This document shows, in pieces, positions 1 through 11,463 of a stretch of DNA of 64,000 nt. The notes under the pieces are model-generated. The model was not told where the DNA came from, made no database searches, and worked only from the letters and a program-made list of their open reading frames with translations. This stretch comes from Lepidodermella squamata (Eukaryota; Animalia; Gastrotricha), in NCBI GenBank assembly GCA_047495785.1, contig JBLDXI010000002.1:620001-684000 (forward strand). Reading direction: 5' to 3'. Every line of letters begins with the position of its first letter. Positions within the stretch are counted from its first letter, which is position 1. The position numbers were made by a program, and so were the translations under genes.

Positions 1-1290
1 GACAGCAAGTAAGCCGCTGTTTTCATTTTTTCTTGCCTAGCTGCGGCGAGCAACGGCGTGAATTGACGGTCGTCTATCGCTTCGAGATTGGCGCCGTGTT
101 GGGTGAGAATTTTAACAGCAGCTAACTGGCCTCTTGCCGCAGCCCAGGATAAAGCTGTATCGCCGCCCCATCTCTTAGCATTCACCTTATAAAAAATCGA
201 TAAAAATTTGAAAATTTGATATATCGATTCCAAGTATCGATTTTAAAATCATTGATTTTTTCGATATCGATCAGGAAAAGAAAAATCAGAAATTGATAAA
301 ATTCGGAAAATTCTGAAACAGGACGAGTTAGCGCTGGAACGTCAATATTAGTTCCATTAATATGGAAAAAATTGATGGAAAAATAAAAAAAAATGAATTA
401 AATTTGGGACACTTATTGGGAATGCTTTCCAACCTTTTAAACAATTATTTTAATTTTTCTTTGATATGAGCTAAGATTTGAAAAATTAGAAAAATTCTGA
501 TTGGGATTTTCATAATTTTAGCTTAATTGCTCACCTTAGCGCCGCAATCGATAAGCATCTGAACAGCCGCAACTTGACCCCGAGAGGCCGCCATCATTAA
601 GGCGGACCAATCGAACGCATTTCGCGCCTCCAATTTCGTCTCAGGCAGCAACAGCAGCAGGCGCAGTCGCTTCAACTTGCCGTCATTGGCCGCCTCCATC
701 AACCGCGTCCATTTCGCCTCGTTTCGTTCCGCGATGTGGCTCTTCTCGAAATTCACGCCGTCTTCGATGAGAATTTCGCGAATCGTGGCGACCGCGTCTT
801 TTGACCCAGATTTCGCCAATTCTTGCGCCCATGTAACGTCAAACTCCTCGCGAACTTTGGCGCCTTTTTCGAGAAGAATTTTCGCGAAAGCTGCGTGGCG
901 GCGTTTCAGAGCCCAGTCGAACGCGGTTTGGCCGTTTGCATCAGCGTGATTGATATCACCAGCGTTCGGCTGATCGAGGTGGTCCTTCAAATCGGCCGAG
1001 TTACCAGTTTTGACAATTTTGATCAGTCGAGCGTGCCAATCATCTAATTGGGTCAAAAAAGCAATAAGTTATTAAGCGGATCTTTTTAAATTTTCTAAAA
1101 TTAAATCAGAATTTAAAAATTCAATTTCAATTTTCCAAAATTGTTTAAATTTAATTCAAAAATTTAAATAAGCGAAATTTGTTAGCCAAATTTATTCGAA
1201 ATTTGCGGGAAAATATTGAAATTTTTTACCTGCTGCTGAAACCAATCCAGCTAACAGAAGAAGGATACACAAGTGCATAGTCTTGCACAT
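1..1290 (-). CDS. Ankyrin-repeat protein with N-terminal signal peptide; 3 exons seen (1290-1230, 1043-535, 185-<1), runs off the window
   Basis: Exon 1 reads MCKTMHLCILLLLAGLVSAA then GT. It splices phase-1 into DDWHARL (ORF 523..1056). Ankyrin motifs: GQTAFDWA, WTRLMEAA, WSALMMAASRGQ; exon 3 reads GDTALSWAAARGQ and FTPLLAAA. Confidence 0.8.
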
Positions 1291-2119
1291 TATCTACAGG
1301 TTTAGAAATCCCAACAAAAATGTGTGTAGCAAAGTGTTTTGAAAGTGAAAAAGGTAGTCTTGAGTCTACTTGTTTCGTATTTAAAGGAGGAAAGGTCGCG
1401 CGATGTCAACATGGTGTCGAGTTATGGACAGGCGAGCTCATCAGATGTTGGGACTACCGTATCCGCCATTAGACGCGCCACCTTGCAATAGATAATTCGC
1501 GCGAAAATTACTGAAGGTAATAATAACCAGAATACCAAAGCTGAAGCTGAAATAATTTAGAAAGTCTCAAAAATTCTCAAAATTTCATAAAAACTTGTTT
1601 ATCGAATCTAGGTACAGCTTTACAGAGCTTCACTTCAAACAGAACCAGATTACCTGAGAGCGGAAAAACGTCAAAAATTTGGATATTATCACAATTGTTT
1701 TTAATTTTTTTTTAAATTTTACCAACCTTATTTATAAAATACCCAAATTTTGCAACGAAGAACTACAACTGAGGCTCCCGCAAATTTTCTGCAAAAATGG
1801 TCTCTAACACCAATTGCCCCAAAATGTCCCAAATAATTGCCCTCAATCACCCCCTCGAATAAACTAAGTTCCGAGAATTTGTCAAAATTCCCTAAAATTT
1901 ATGTTTTGAAATTTTTGAAAATTTTAGGTTTACAATGAACACCAGAGCAAAATTAATTTTGGAGTATTTAGGAGATGAAATGAGCAAAAAAGGCAAATAT
2001 ATTCGAAGTTAAGTTTATTTTTTATTTTAATTCAAAAGGTATATCACTTGGATTAATCATCGAAGATCGAGTAAAAATTGAGCAAATTGTCAAAAAAATT
2101 GGAATTATTTATCGGCTGA

Positions 2120-3085
2120 TCACTGCGTCTCCGCGTCGACCTTGCGAATGTCCTCACGAGCCGCCAAAAACTGCTCCTCTTCATTCAAACCAGTCTTCAG
2201 ATGAGTCGGCGAAGACTTGCGAGCCGATTCAACCGGGGTCAACGGCGTGGAGGCCAGCGGGATTTTACGCACCCGTTCCGTGATCTCCCTGATCTCCTCG
2301 ACCGGATACGGGGCGAAACTCGTTGAAGCTGATTTGGGCGTGGTCGATTTCACCTCGTGGCTCGTTGTAGTGCGGGGTCGCTGGGTTGTAGTCGCGACTT
2401 TCGGGGTCGTTTTCTTGTGGTGATGGCTGACAAAGTGTTCGCCGTGTTGCGATTTTTCTTTGCTCGGCTTGGTCAGCTCCTTGATTTCGCCGCCCTTTTT
2501 CGACTCGCCGAGGTCAGATTTGAAACCGTGAACACGGATCTCAGGACCGGCCAGTTGTTGCTCCTCCGACTTGGTGAGTTCAGATTCGAGTAGACGCTCG
2601 GGCAAACGAACGCTGACCGCCTTGTGGATGACCTTGAACTGGGTGATGGCGCCTGGGAACAGCGAGGTTTCGCGAATATCACCCTCAGATGTCAGAACGA
2701 TGTCACGCTCAGCAGACTGAAAAAATAAAAAGTTCATTTTTGAAAATTAAAATTTTGAAATTTCAAGAATGAAAACTCTTGAAATGTAAAAAAATTCGAA
2801 AAGTTCAAAAAAAATAATCGTTGAATTTTAAATTTTTAAATTTCAAAATTTTCAATTTTCAATTTTTTGAAAAATTTAAAACATTTTATAGAAAAATTAG
2901 GAAAATTTGGAATTTAGAAATTTTACCTCGTCTGATGAATCACTGCTGCTGCTGCTATCCGCCTCGGTAGTCGTTCTTGTTTTCGGGGTTGTTGCGAACA
3001 GCTTCACGTTCGGCCGGTGGGTCGTGTTGGCCAAGGCGGTCGCAATCAGCGCGAAACCAAACAGGAAAATCAGCTCGAGTTGCAT
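2120..3085 (-). CDS. Secreted Thr/Ser-rich protein of unknown function, 2 exons (3085-2927, 2716-2120)
   Basis: Signal peptide MQLELIFLFGFALIATALA. A phase-0 GT-AG intron joins ORFs 2897..3085 and 2120..2737. A TATAAA-like element lies at ~3163-3169 on the minus strand. No recognisable domain. Confidence 0.7.
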
Positions 3086-4300
3086 GTTGCTTTAGCTGTT
3101 GTATTGATAGAAATGATTGGAAATGCTTGGTAGATGATGTTTGATGACTGAAATTAGGCAGTATTTATACCTTGGGGCCCACAATTTGTTCGATTGTATG
3201 TAGCTGTTACGTGGATTTTTGGGTGATTTAACACTATTACCGAACGGAAGCAGTGTAATAGTTGTAAGTTTACAAAAATTTTAAATTATTGTCTCAGTTA
3301 CGAGCCCATATTACAGGGAGCAATTTTTCAAAAATTAATGAAAGGAAATAATTGAAATTTAATTCCATAAGAGGTTTGAAGATGACTGAGCTGCCACTGA
3401 GTATTATTCCATGGAAAATCTAAATATTCACCAGATTTATTTTTCGCGATGATTTCTATAACCTTATAGTGTTTTCCTTCAATATTCAGAATTATAGGGC
3501 CCAATTAAAAATTAAAAATAGAAACACTGATCGCGGGATATTTGTCCATCCTAAACCACTGATGTGTGAAATCGATGCTTCGAAACGATATCGGCTCTGC
3601 AGGCTGAATTATAATATTCAAGATTTCAAAATAATTTTTCGAATTGATGAGAATGCTGAAAACGCCTATAAAAAATTCATGTTTGGCTTGTCCGAAAATG
3701 TCTTTTTCGGGAATTTAAAGAAATTATTCAAGCGAATATTTTCAAATTTCTTTTTTTGTACCTTTGCTAATTTTTACTTTCAGACTCGATCCGACTGAAC
3801 TTAACTGTCTTGTGTTGTCGAGGGTTTCTAGGGCCTGAAAAAGCATCGATTCTGAAAGCAGACGTTGAGTGATGAAAATTTAATGTCACCATATTAGGTG
3901 TGGAGAGGCGCTAGGAGCTCAGCCAAACAACAGACATTTTCGAAAAAAAAACAAGCGGGAAACAAACTTACCCAGACTTGGCGATGCTTGCCTATACCAG
4001 TCAAATAGTTTCAATCAACGGCTGAACTCAAAATAATACCGGACGTCATATCCCGGTCCAGCCTGACCCATTTTAAGGCCGATCACAAAATTGAATAAGT
4101 TTATCCAAGTTCATACGCCACTCGACAGCTATAGAATCACATGACAGCAGAGGGGCGAAAATAGAGGCAAGAGGCGAGTCAAAACCTCGATGTACCCGAT
4201 CAGCCGTGAAATAAGGGCAAATAACAAATAAAGGTGTTGTAAATAAATCCCCTGCTACATATATGAATGAAAGCAAAGTCTTGAAATTTCATAAATCACA

Positions 4301-7003
4301 ATGACGGCGCCGGTTTTCCTGAAAATTATCATCTTAACACTCCCAGGTAGGGTCATCATCATCATACAAGTTTCCTAAATTTTCCCTAAATTTTCTGAAT
4401 TATTAAATTTTTTAGAAATTAATTTTTTTTAGAAAATTTTAGAATTAATTTTTAGAAATTAATCTCATTTTATACCCTGAGACCTCCAAATTCGCTGAAT
4501 TTTAAAAAAATTTAGTAAAATTCATAGGCCTCGGGCTTCTTTTATCTAGGTAATTAAAGGTATTATAGCTTAATACAGTATTTTTCTACGATTGAACGGA
4601 AATATCCAGAAAAAAATATTTTCCTGTATTTTCGGTATTTGCCTTTCAATTTTTTTAATCCCAACCCTCAGCTTTCAAAGACTTGATAATCTTTATGCAC
4701 CGCCAAATTTGATATTCCTATAGCGTCATGCTTCGCCGTTTGTCAATCGCTCTATCAACAATGTGGCGGATCAACGTGGACTGGGTCGACATGCTGCCAA
4801 TCTGGCGTTACCTGCGTCTACCAAAACGACTTCTACTGGCAATGCCTGTACGCGAATGAAACGCAAAGTAGTTCAACTTCAAGTTCGCCATCTACGGCAA
4901 CTTCAGTAACTACAACGCAATCTACATCGTCCCTCAAATGGTCGAGTTCCAGCCCAGCAACTACAACTACAACGCAACAAACGAGCACGACATCCACAAA
5001 AACATCAACTTCATCGACCAAAACTACAACTGCTGCTGCAACATTGCTAACGACAACTTTGATAAGTTCAAGTGCTCACACGTCGCCTTCGACCAAATCA
5101 TCAAGTTCCTCGGTTTCTCCTACATCAAGTCCAAAAACGTCGACGTTAGGTTCCATCTCGAATGGGACAAGCGCAGCAACTTCGCTATCTTCGATCATAC
5201 CATCAAGCTCTGCAATTTCTTCTTCTTCGAGTCCAAAAACGTCGACATTGGGTTTCATCTCGAATGGAACAAGTACTGCTTTATCTCCATTATCCTCGTC
5301 GATCTATCTAGGCTCTATAACAAATGCTTCTAGTCCTTCGACTGCATCATCAAGCTTCTCGGTTTCCTCTACATTAACTCTGACATCGACTACTTTGGGT
5401 TTTATATCTAATGGGACGAGTACTGTAACACCAGGTATCACGACTTCGACTGAGGATTCAACTTCTCCCATTACTACAACGACAGCCTCAATGACGGATT
5501 CGAGTTCGATAGCCTCTAGTTCTGATCCAAGCAGTTCCGATTCTTCGACCTTATCAACAATCTCTCTTAATGTCTCTGAATCTCTCTCTACAGACGCAGA
5601 GACTACAACAGAGAAGAGTCCGAGCACCGATGTGGCTCCTACTACAACGTCGACCTCAATAATCGATTCGAACTCGATAGCCTCAACTTCAGATTCCACG
5701 ATGAACGATTTCTCAACCCTCTCAGAAGCAAGTGATTCCAACTCCAAGGAGGAAGAGAACACGCCCCAAACAAGTTCGAGTCCGAGCACTGAAGCGCCAG
5801 ACTTACCATCAATAAACGCTTACTATGACATAGAATCGGGATCCTTACTTTGCGACCCGATTACAGGCTTCCCGATGCCACCCCTAGTCCAAGGACATGC
5901 CGTGCCACTCGTCAGCCTTAACAACCTACTTCAATGCGAAAATATCTGGCCCGAGAATCTAGCCCCGGACCCTGTTTCGCCAACAACAATATACGCGAGC
6001 ATAACAAACAGAAAGTTGGTCGAAATCGACAGTATGAAAGAAACAATCACCCTTTTCACGGACGTTCTCCTCCAATGGCGGGTGAGGTCATGCTCAACTA
6101 CTAGCGTTTCAGGCGGCGTGAATGAGATCGAGCGCGTTGTAGTGGTCGATGATAGGAAAGTCTGGAAGCCTGAAGTGATTTTCACAAATTCAAGCACGAA
6201 AGACATCAAACTGTCGGAGCGGAAAAACTTCGGTAGTGATATGCACATTCTTTACGTTCCGACGAAACCGAATCGAACGCTCTTCTTCTATTGGGCTCGG
6301 TCAGGGATAGTCACGTCAAAATGCCGACTGGACGCCCAAAAATTCCCGTTCGACATTCAAGTCTGCGATTTCTATTTATTTTTGAAGGTAAATCTCAGCA
6401 AACTTTTGAAAGAAGGAAGTTGACCCCGTTTTTTTTCAGGAGCCTTCAACCTTGACAAATTTCGGAGGAATTTTTCTGAATGGTGTCAGCTTGACGAATG
6501 ACATGTGGACCTTGGCTGGCCAATCGAATCGCAGTGGCTTAGTTTCGAAAGGTCCCCGTCAATTCAGCTATGTTTGCTTCAGCCTAACTTTGAAACGGAA
6601 CCCGAATTACTACTTAGGTAGTTTGCTGGTCCCTTGCCTCATACTGGTTGTTACAGTGTTCGGTTCATTCGCCCTACCAGCCCGATCAGCAGAGCGACCC
6701 TCTCTCTGCGGCACAGTGCTGTTAGCGCTTTTGGTCATGAAAAACTACGTCATGAAAGAAGTACCGCACAAAACTGCGAACGTAGTGTTTTTCGAATATC
6801 TATTCCTAATTGCCAATTTGACGGTTTTAATCACTCTGCACCACATGGTAATGTGCGCGGTCGGGCGATCGAAGGTTCGAAAACTCACATTTTTGTCCAC
6901 CAGAGTAATTAAATTAACGAGGGCTCTCGATACTTTCATGATGATAATTTTTGCTACATTTTTCACCTGCATTAGCGCTAATGCATTCTCCAAATTGGTA
7001 TAA
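4301..7003 (+). CDS. pLGIC-1: signal peptide - 1x CBM1 - Ser/Thr stalk - Cys-loop ligand-binding domain - 4 TM; exons 4301-4346, 4724-6387, 6440-7003
   Basis: MTAPVFLKIIILTLP|ASCFAVCQSLYQQCGGSTWTGSTCCQSGVTCVYQNDFYWQCL is in frame with ORF 5044..6423. Loop A VWKPEVIFTN, Cys-loop CRLDAQKFPFDIQVC, pre-M1 LKRNPNYY, M2 ERPSLCGTVLLAL. Confidence 0.88.
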
Positions 7004-7047
7004 ACATTTATTCACTAATTTGACAATTAATGAAAGCTGTTGACTGA

Positions 7048-10000
7048 ATGATGATTCGCTTTCTATTACCTTTGCTCTATGTTGGACTTCTTGGTAAATT
7101 TCAAGTAAAGATTCAAGATGATAAGAAGTACATTTTTGTTAGATGGCGCCATAAATCCCGAACCTTTGACCAATGTGATTCAGCTGCCACCCCTGTTTCA
7201 ATCTGCAACATATCTCCAGTCGTTTTCATTCGATTTCGAAAACAGCAGTGCTCCAACATCAACTGCTTTAACGGTTTATTTAGCAGCGAAAAGCACGGCT
7301 TTAGGTTACGAGCTGGTATCAGTAGCGAATTCAGCCAATCGACAGGGAGTAGCTAGATTCCCAGCGGTAATTATCTCCAAATCATATTAATCCTTGGTAA
7401 AATTGGGTTTCTTAGAAACTGGATCCTGCTGTAGCTTCGAGCTTCAGAATCGATTTATCTGTCGATGCGAATTACTCAATATCAGGACAATGTGCTTGGT
7501 TTGGATTCCTATTGCACGATTTATACACAAGTTCAATGATTTGTGAGTTATTCATAGTGAATTATTAGTGCTCCACTTCTTCCTTCGTCCTCAAGATCCG
7601 AATGATACGATGTCGTCATTCAAAGGGGCGTATATCTGGCACCAAATCTGTCCGAATGGCTACGTATCTGCTGGCATACAAAATACGGTAAGAACTACTG
7701 CTTTCGGCCCGGCGGACCTCGCGAGCGTGCCATCCTGCACTCAATGCCGGAATATCTTAACTACTACGGGAATTGCGAGCTACCAAATGTCTATTCAAGT
7801 TTTGAATGACGCCGTGACCACCGCAATGTATACTGGAACCGGGACTCCGATCGCGTTCCCTACAACCTGCTTCAACGGGGCTATGATCTCTGGAATCAAT
7901 ACCTTGATCTCAAGTGGGACGTTCATGAGTTTGGTTGGGCTGGGAGGCAGCCTTGCTACGATAAGAGTGAGGAGTCTGCACTTTTTCCAGCTTCAAGCGA
8001 CCTCGCTTTCTGGTACATTCCGTTTTATTCTTGGAAATTTGACCCGATTTTTGTTATGTTAAGCTGCAAGTCGCGGTCCGAATGAGTTCATGTTGCCCTA
8101 TCCACCTCAAATGACATCGTACACCTATTTGGCTAACCAATCGTTCGACTCGCTCGATTCGGCTCCACTGACTAACTGGACCACCTACAACAACTTTAGA
8201 GTCAGTGGAGGGGTCGTGCAAGTTGGCGATAATACGACTTCTCTTGAATCATTCATCAAATCACCGGTTTGTTTTTCATTTTGCTCGCATTATGAAGTTA
8301 CGTTTCAGCTTTCAGGTTATTCCAGCAGTGAGTCCTACGACAGCTTTTCGAATCGAAATTTCCCTTCGAACACTGCAAATGCTGTACCCTGGATCCGGCG
8401 ATGGAACAAGAATTTTATTCAATCTTGGATATTACAGCGCCCCACTGTATTTCTGGAGCGTTTACAGCACCGATACTTTGAACGGGTTCCAGGGGCTACT
8501 TTTCGGGTTTTCATTCCGGCAAACAACGATAGACGTTATTTTCGTGTACAGCGCGGCTGCAGTTTCCAGCTACCCCTTCACAGCTAATCGAGTTGCGGCC
8601 TGCTCCGGATGTTCTCTTGTTCCTTCTGATTTTGTCAGTGGTGTTAGGGTTGTTTTTCAGATCTACAATGATCAGACAACTGTAAGTGGGCGAATTTCAA
8701 TGCAGATTAATTTACAATGAATTTTCAGATCGCGGTTTACGTCTCAGGAGATGATTTCCCAATGATGTGCTACAACCGAGTTAGCACACCGGGACTTCAG
8801 TCGGCGATCTTAGCTCTAGGAGGAGGCGTAGTGCAACTAAACGATTTCAACACAAATGTAAACTTGGTCTATCCAATTGTTTCAGAGTTCAACGTATTTT
8901 ATATCACCCCATCTCCATGGATAAGTACGTTTTAGGAGGTTCAAGCTTCAAGCTTGATGTTAACCTATTATTGCTTGCAGCCACGACTGCTGCGGTATGT
9001 GCCAACATCCTTTATAACCAATGCGCAGGAATAGGATGGTCGGGTGCAACTTGCTGCCCGGCGGGTTCAGTGTGCACGTACGCTTCTACATACTACTCTC
9101 AATGCTTAGTTGGCACAGCGCCAACTGCAGCTGTAGACACAACGACAACGACCATTTCTTCCTCTACAACTTCAACTTCGGCGTCTACTTCGACGACCTC
9201 AAAAAGCACTTCGACTTCGACTACAACTCAGAGCACGCCAACTACAACAGTAGTTTCAACAACGACGTCCACACCATTGACTAGCTCATCAACTTCTACC
9301 ACGGCTGTTACAACTAGTAGTAGCTCGACTACGGTATCTACAAGCTCTTCAACGTCCAGTCCCCAAACATCGGTTACGAATTACCAGAGCACGGCGTCGA
9401 CTTCAACCTCGACAGCCTCTACAAGTGGGACCATTACGGCGTCATCAGGATCTTCTTCGTCCAGTTCGAGTACATCGATTTCCACCAGCGCTGTTACGCC
9501 TGCTTATTCGACAGTTTCATCGACGGCATTTCCTTCATTTTCATCTCCATCTTCGAGTGGACCAGGTACTGTAACTACGTCTTCAGGTTCTTCTTTGTCC
9601 AGTACAAGTAAATCGATTTCAACGAGCTCTGCTGTATCTTCGACAGCTTTGTCGTCTCCTTCAGCTTCATCTTCATCAATTTCAACTTTATTACCAACAA
9701 CGACAGGCTCAACTTCTAACATGTTAAATACAGGCAGCTCTCCGGGATCTACGAAGACTATAACCTCTGCAACTAACAGCGTTTCATCTGGAACTACATC
9801 TACTATCGCCACAAGTGGGATGAATTCAATAGGTTCAACTGCGACTTCTGTTGGCTCGACGCCAACTTCGAACTCCACGTACTACAGCAGTTCCTCGAAA
9901 ATGGCCACTACAGCTGTTTCCACAACTCAGATGACAAAGCAGCCGAATCTTACAAATGACTTCAGCATCTATACAAACATCGAAAGCAATCCTCAACTTA

Positions 10001-11167
10001 TCGACCCTCAAACTGGATTCCCTATCCCGCCTCTAGTCGAAGGTCACGCCAGACCTTTGGTCTCAGTTGAAGACATTCTGAATTGTCCGAATGTCCAGCC
10101 GGAAGTCCACGCGCCTGATGACGGCAATTCAACGAAAGTCTACTTCACAATGACAGTAAATCGACTGCTAAACATTGATAGTTTGAATGAGACAATGTCG
10201 ATTTTCGCTAATGTCTACCTGCAATGGTCGGTGAAAACGTGCCCAGCCGCGCAAACTGCAAGTTCAGTTGCAGAGCTCGAGCGAGTTATTGTTGTTAATG
10301 ATGAATCGATGTGGAAGCCACGAATCGCATTTGCCAACTCGAGCAACAGAGATATCTATATGCAATCGAAGAAAAATTTCGGCAGTGACATGCAGGTTCT
10401 CTTCGTCCCAACAACGCCAAATCGGACAATGTTCTTCTATTGGACGAGAACGGGCATTTTAACAACTAAATGTGAAGTTGATGTGGAGCTGTTCCCTTTC
10501 GATAGCCTAACTTGCGATTTCTTCTTTAGCTCTAAGGTAAAGGAATACGAAAAGTATAATGTCTATAAATTATTAGAATTCTCAGGAACCTACAAAAATG
10601 ATCGAGTTCGGGGGAATCTACGCTGATATTCTGAAAATGTCACCTAATAGTCTTTGGAAATTCGTCAAAATTACAAATGGGACCGGACGCAGCTCCATTT
10701 CTACTGACACGAAACAATCCTATTCCCATTCTTATGTCAGGATCTCGTTAAAGCGGAACGCCTCTTACTACATCAATTCGCTTCTAGCTCCTTGTTTGAT
10801 TCTGATATCGACAGTTTTCGGGTCGTTTGCAATTCCTTACCATCAAAACGAGCGGCCTTCAATAGTTGCTACAACACTTCTGGCTCTTGTCGTAGCTCAG
10901 ATAAATGTGATGAAGGAAGTCCCGAAAACTTCGCAGAAAATTCTGTTCGCTGAATACATCTTTTTCACGAGTTTACTAACAGCGCTTATTACAATTTACG
11001 ACATGACGATGTGCTTGCTTGGCAAGGCTTTGCATGGAAAGAGTATTGACTTTTCTACTATTGGACGAGTTGGCTTAGCAGATTTGCTCGATTATGTTGC
11101 GATCGCGAGTTCGGTAGCATTCTTCGCAGCTATTAATGCAAATGCATTCGCACGATTTCAACTCTGA
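7048..11167 (+). CDS. pLGIC-2: signal peptide - 2 lectin-like domains - 1x CBM1 - stalk - Cys-loop LBD - 4 TM (multi-exon)
   Basis: Exon 1 (7048-7093) MMIRFLLPLLYVGLL splices to DGAINPEPLTNVIQLP. CBM1 at 8998-9108 is CANILYNQCAGIGWSGATCCPAGSVCTYASTYYSQCL. Cys-loop CEVDVELFPFDSLTC; M2 ERPSIVATTLLALVV. Confidence 0.85.
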
Positions 11168-11463
11168 CATTTCGGACTTAGGACAAGCCATTGAGAATAA
11201 AACGATTTGACGCTGTTTTTCTCCATTTATTGTCTCCCCTTACGAAAAATCGAAATGAAATCTATCTATTGAGTAGCTTAGCTTGCCGTGTTCTGAAAAA
11301 TGAGTGTAATAAAATAACTCCCAGAATAATAAATTGCTTGAAAACAATAAAAAATCACTTAGGCTGGGCACCCTGTGTACGTTAAGCAATTTCAGCCTCC
11401 GAGTCTACACGAGTGGGCTCGGCAATCACTCAGTTTTTCAACTGTCTGCGATTTTTTAGAAAT

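Noticed and set aside
3469-4276. Short ORFs 3469..3798 and 4073..4276 (similarly 16715-17197, 58979-59472, 61635-61967)
   Set aside because: AT-rich intergenic sequence, mostly non-ATG starts, no motifs or splice support.
5850-5870. Asp-Pro (DPxTG) before the LBD as a mucin-type autoproteolysis site
   Set aside because: Not a GDPH motif and not conserved in the minus-strand paralogues (SDETKFP, RDSDFAFP).
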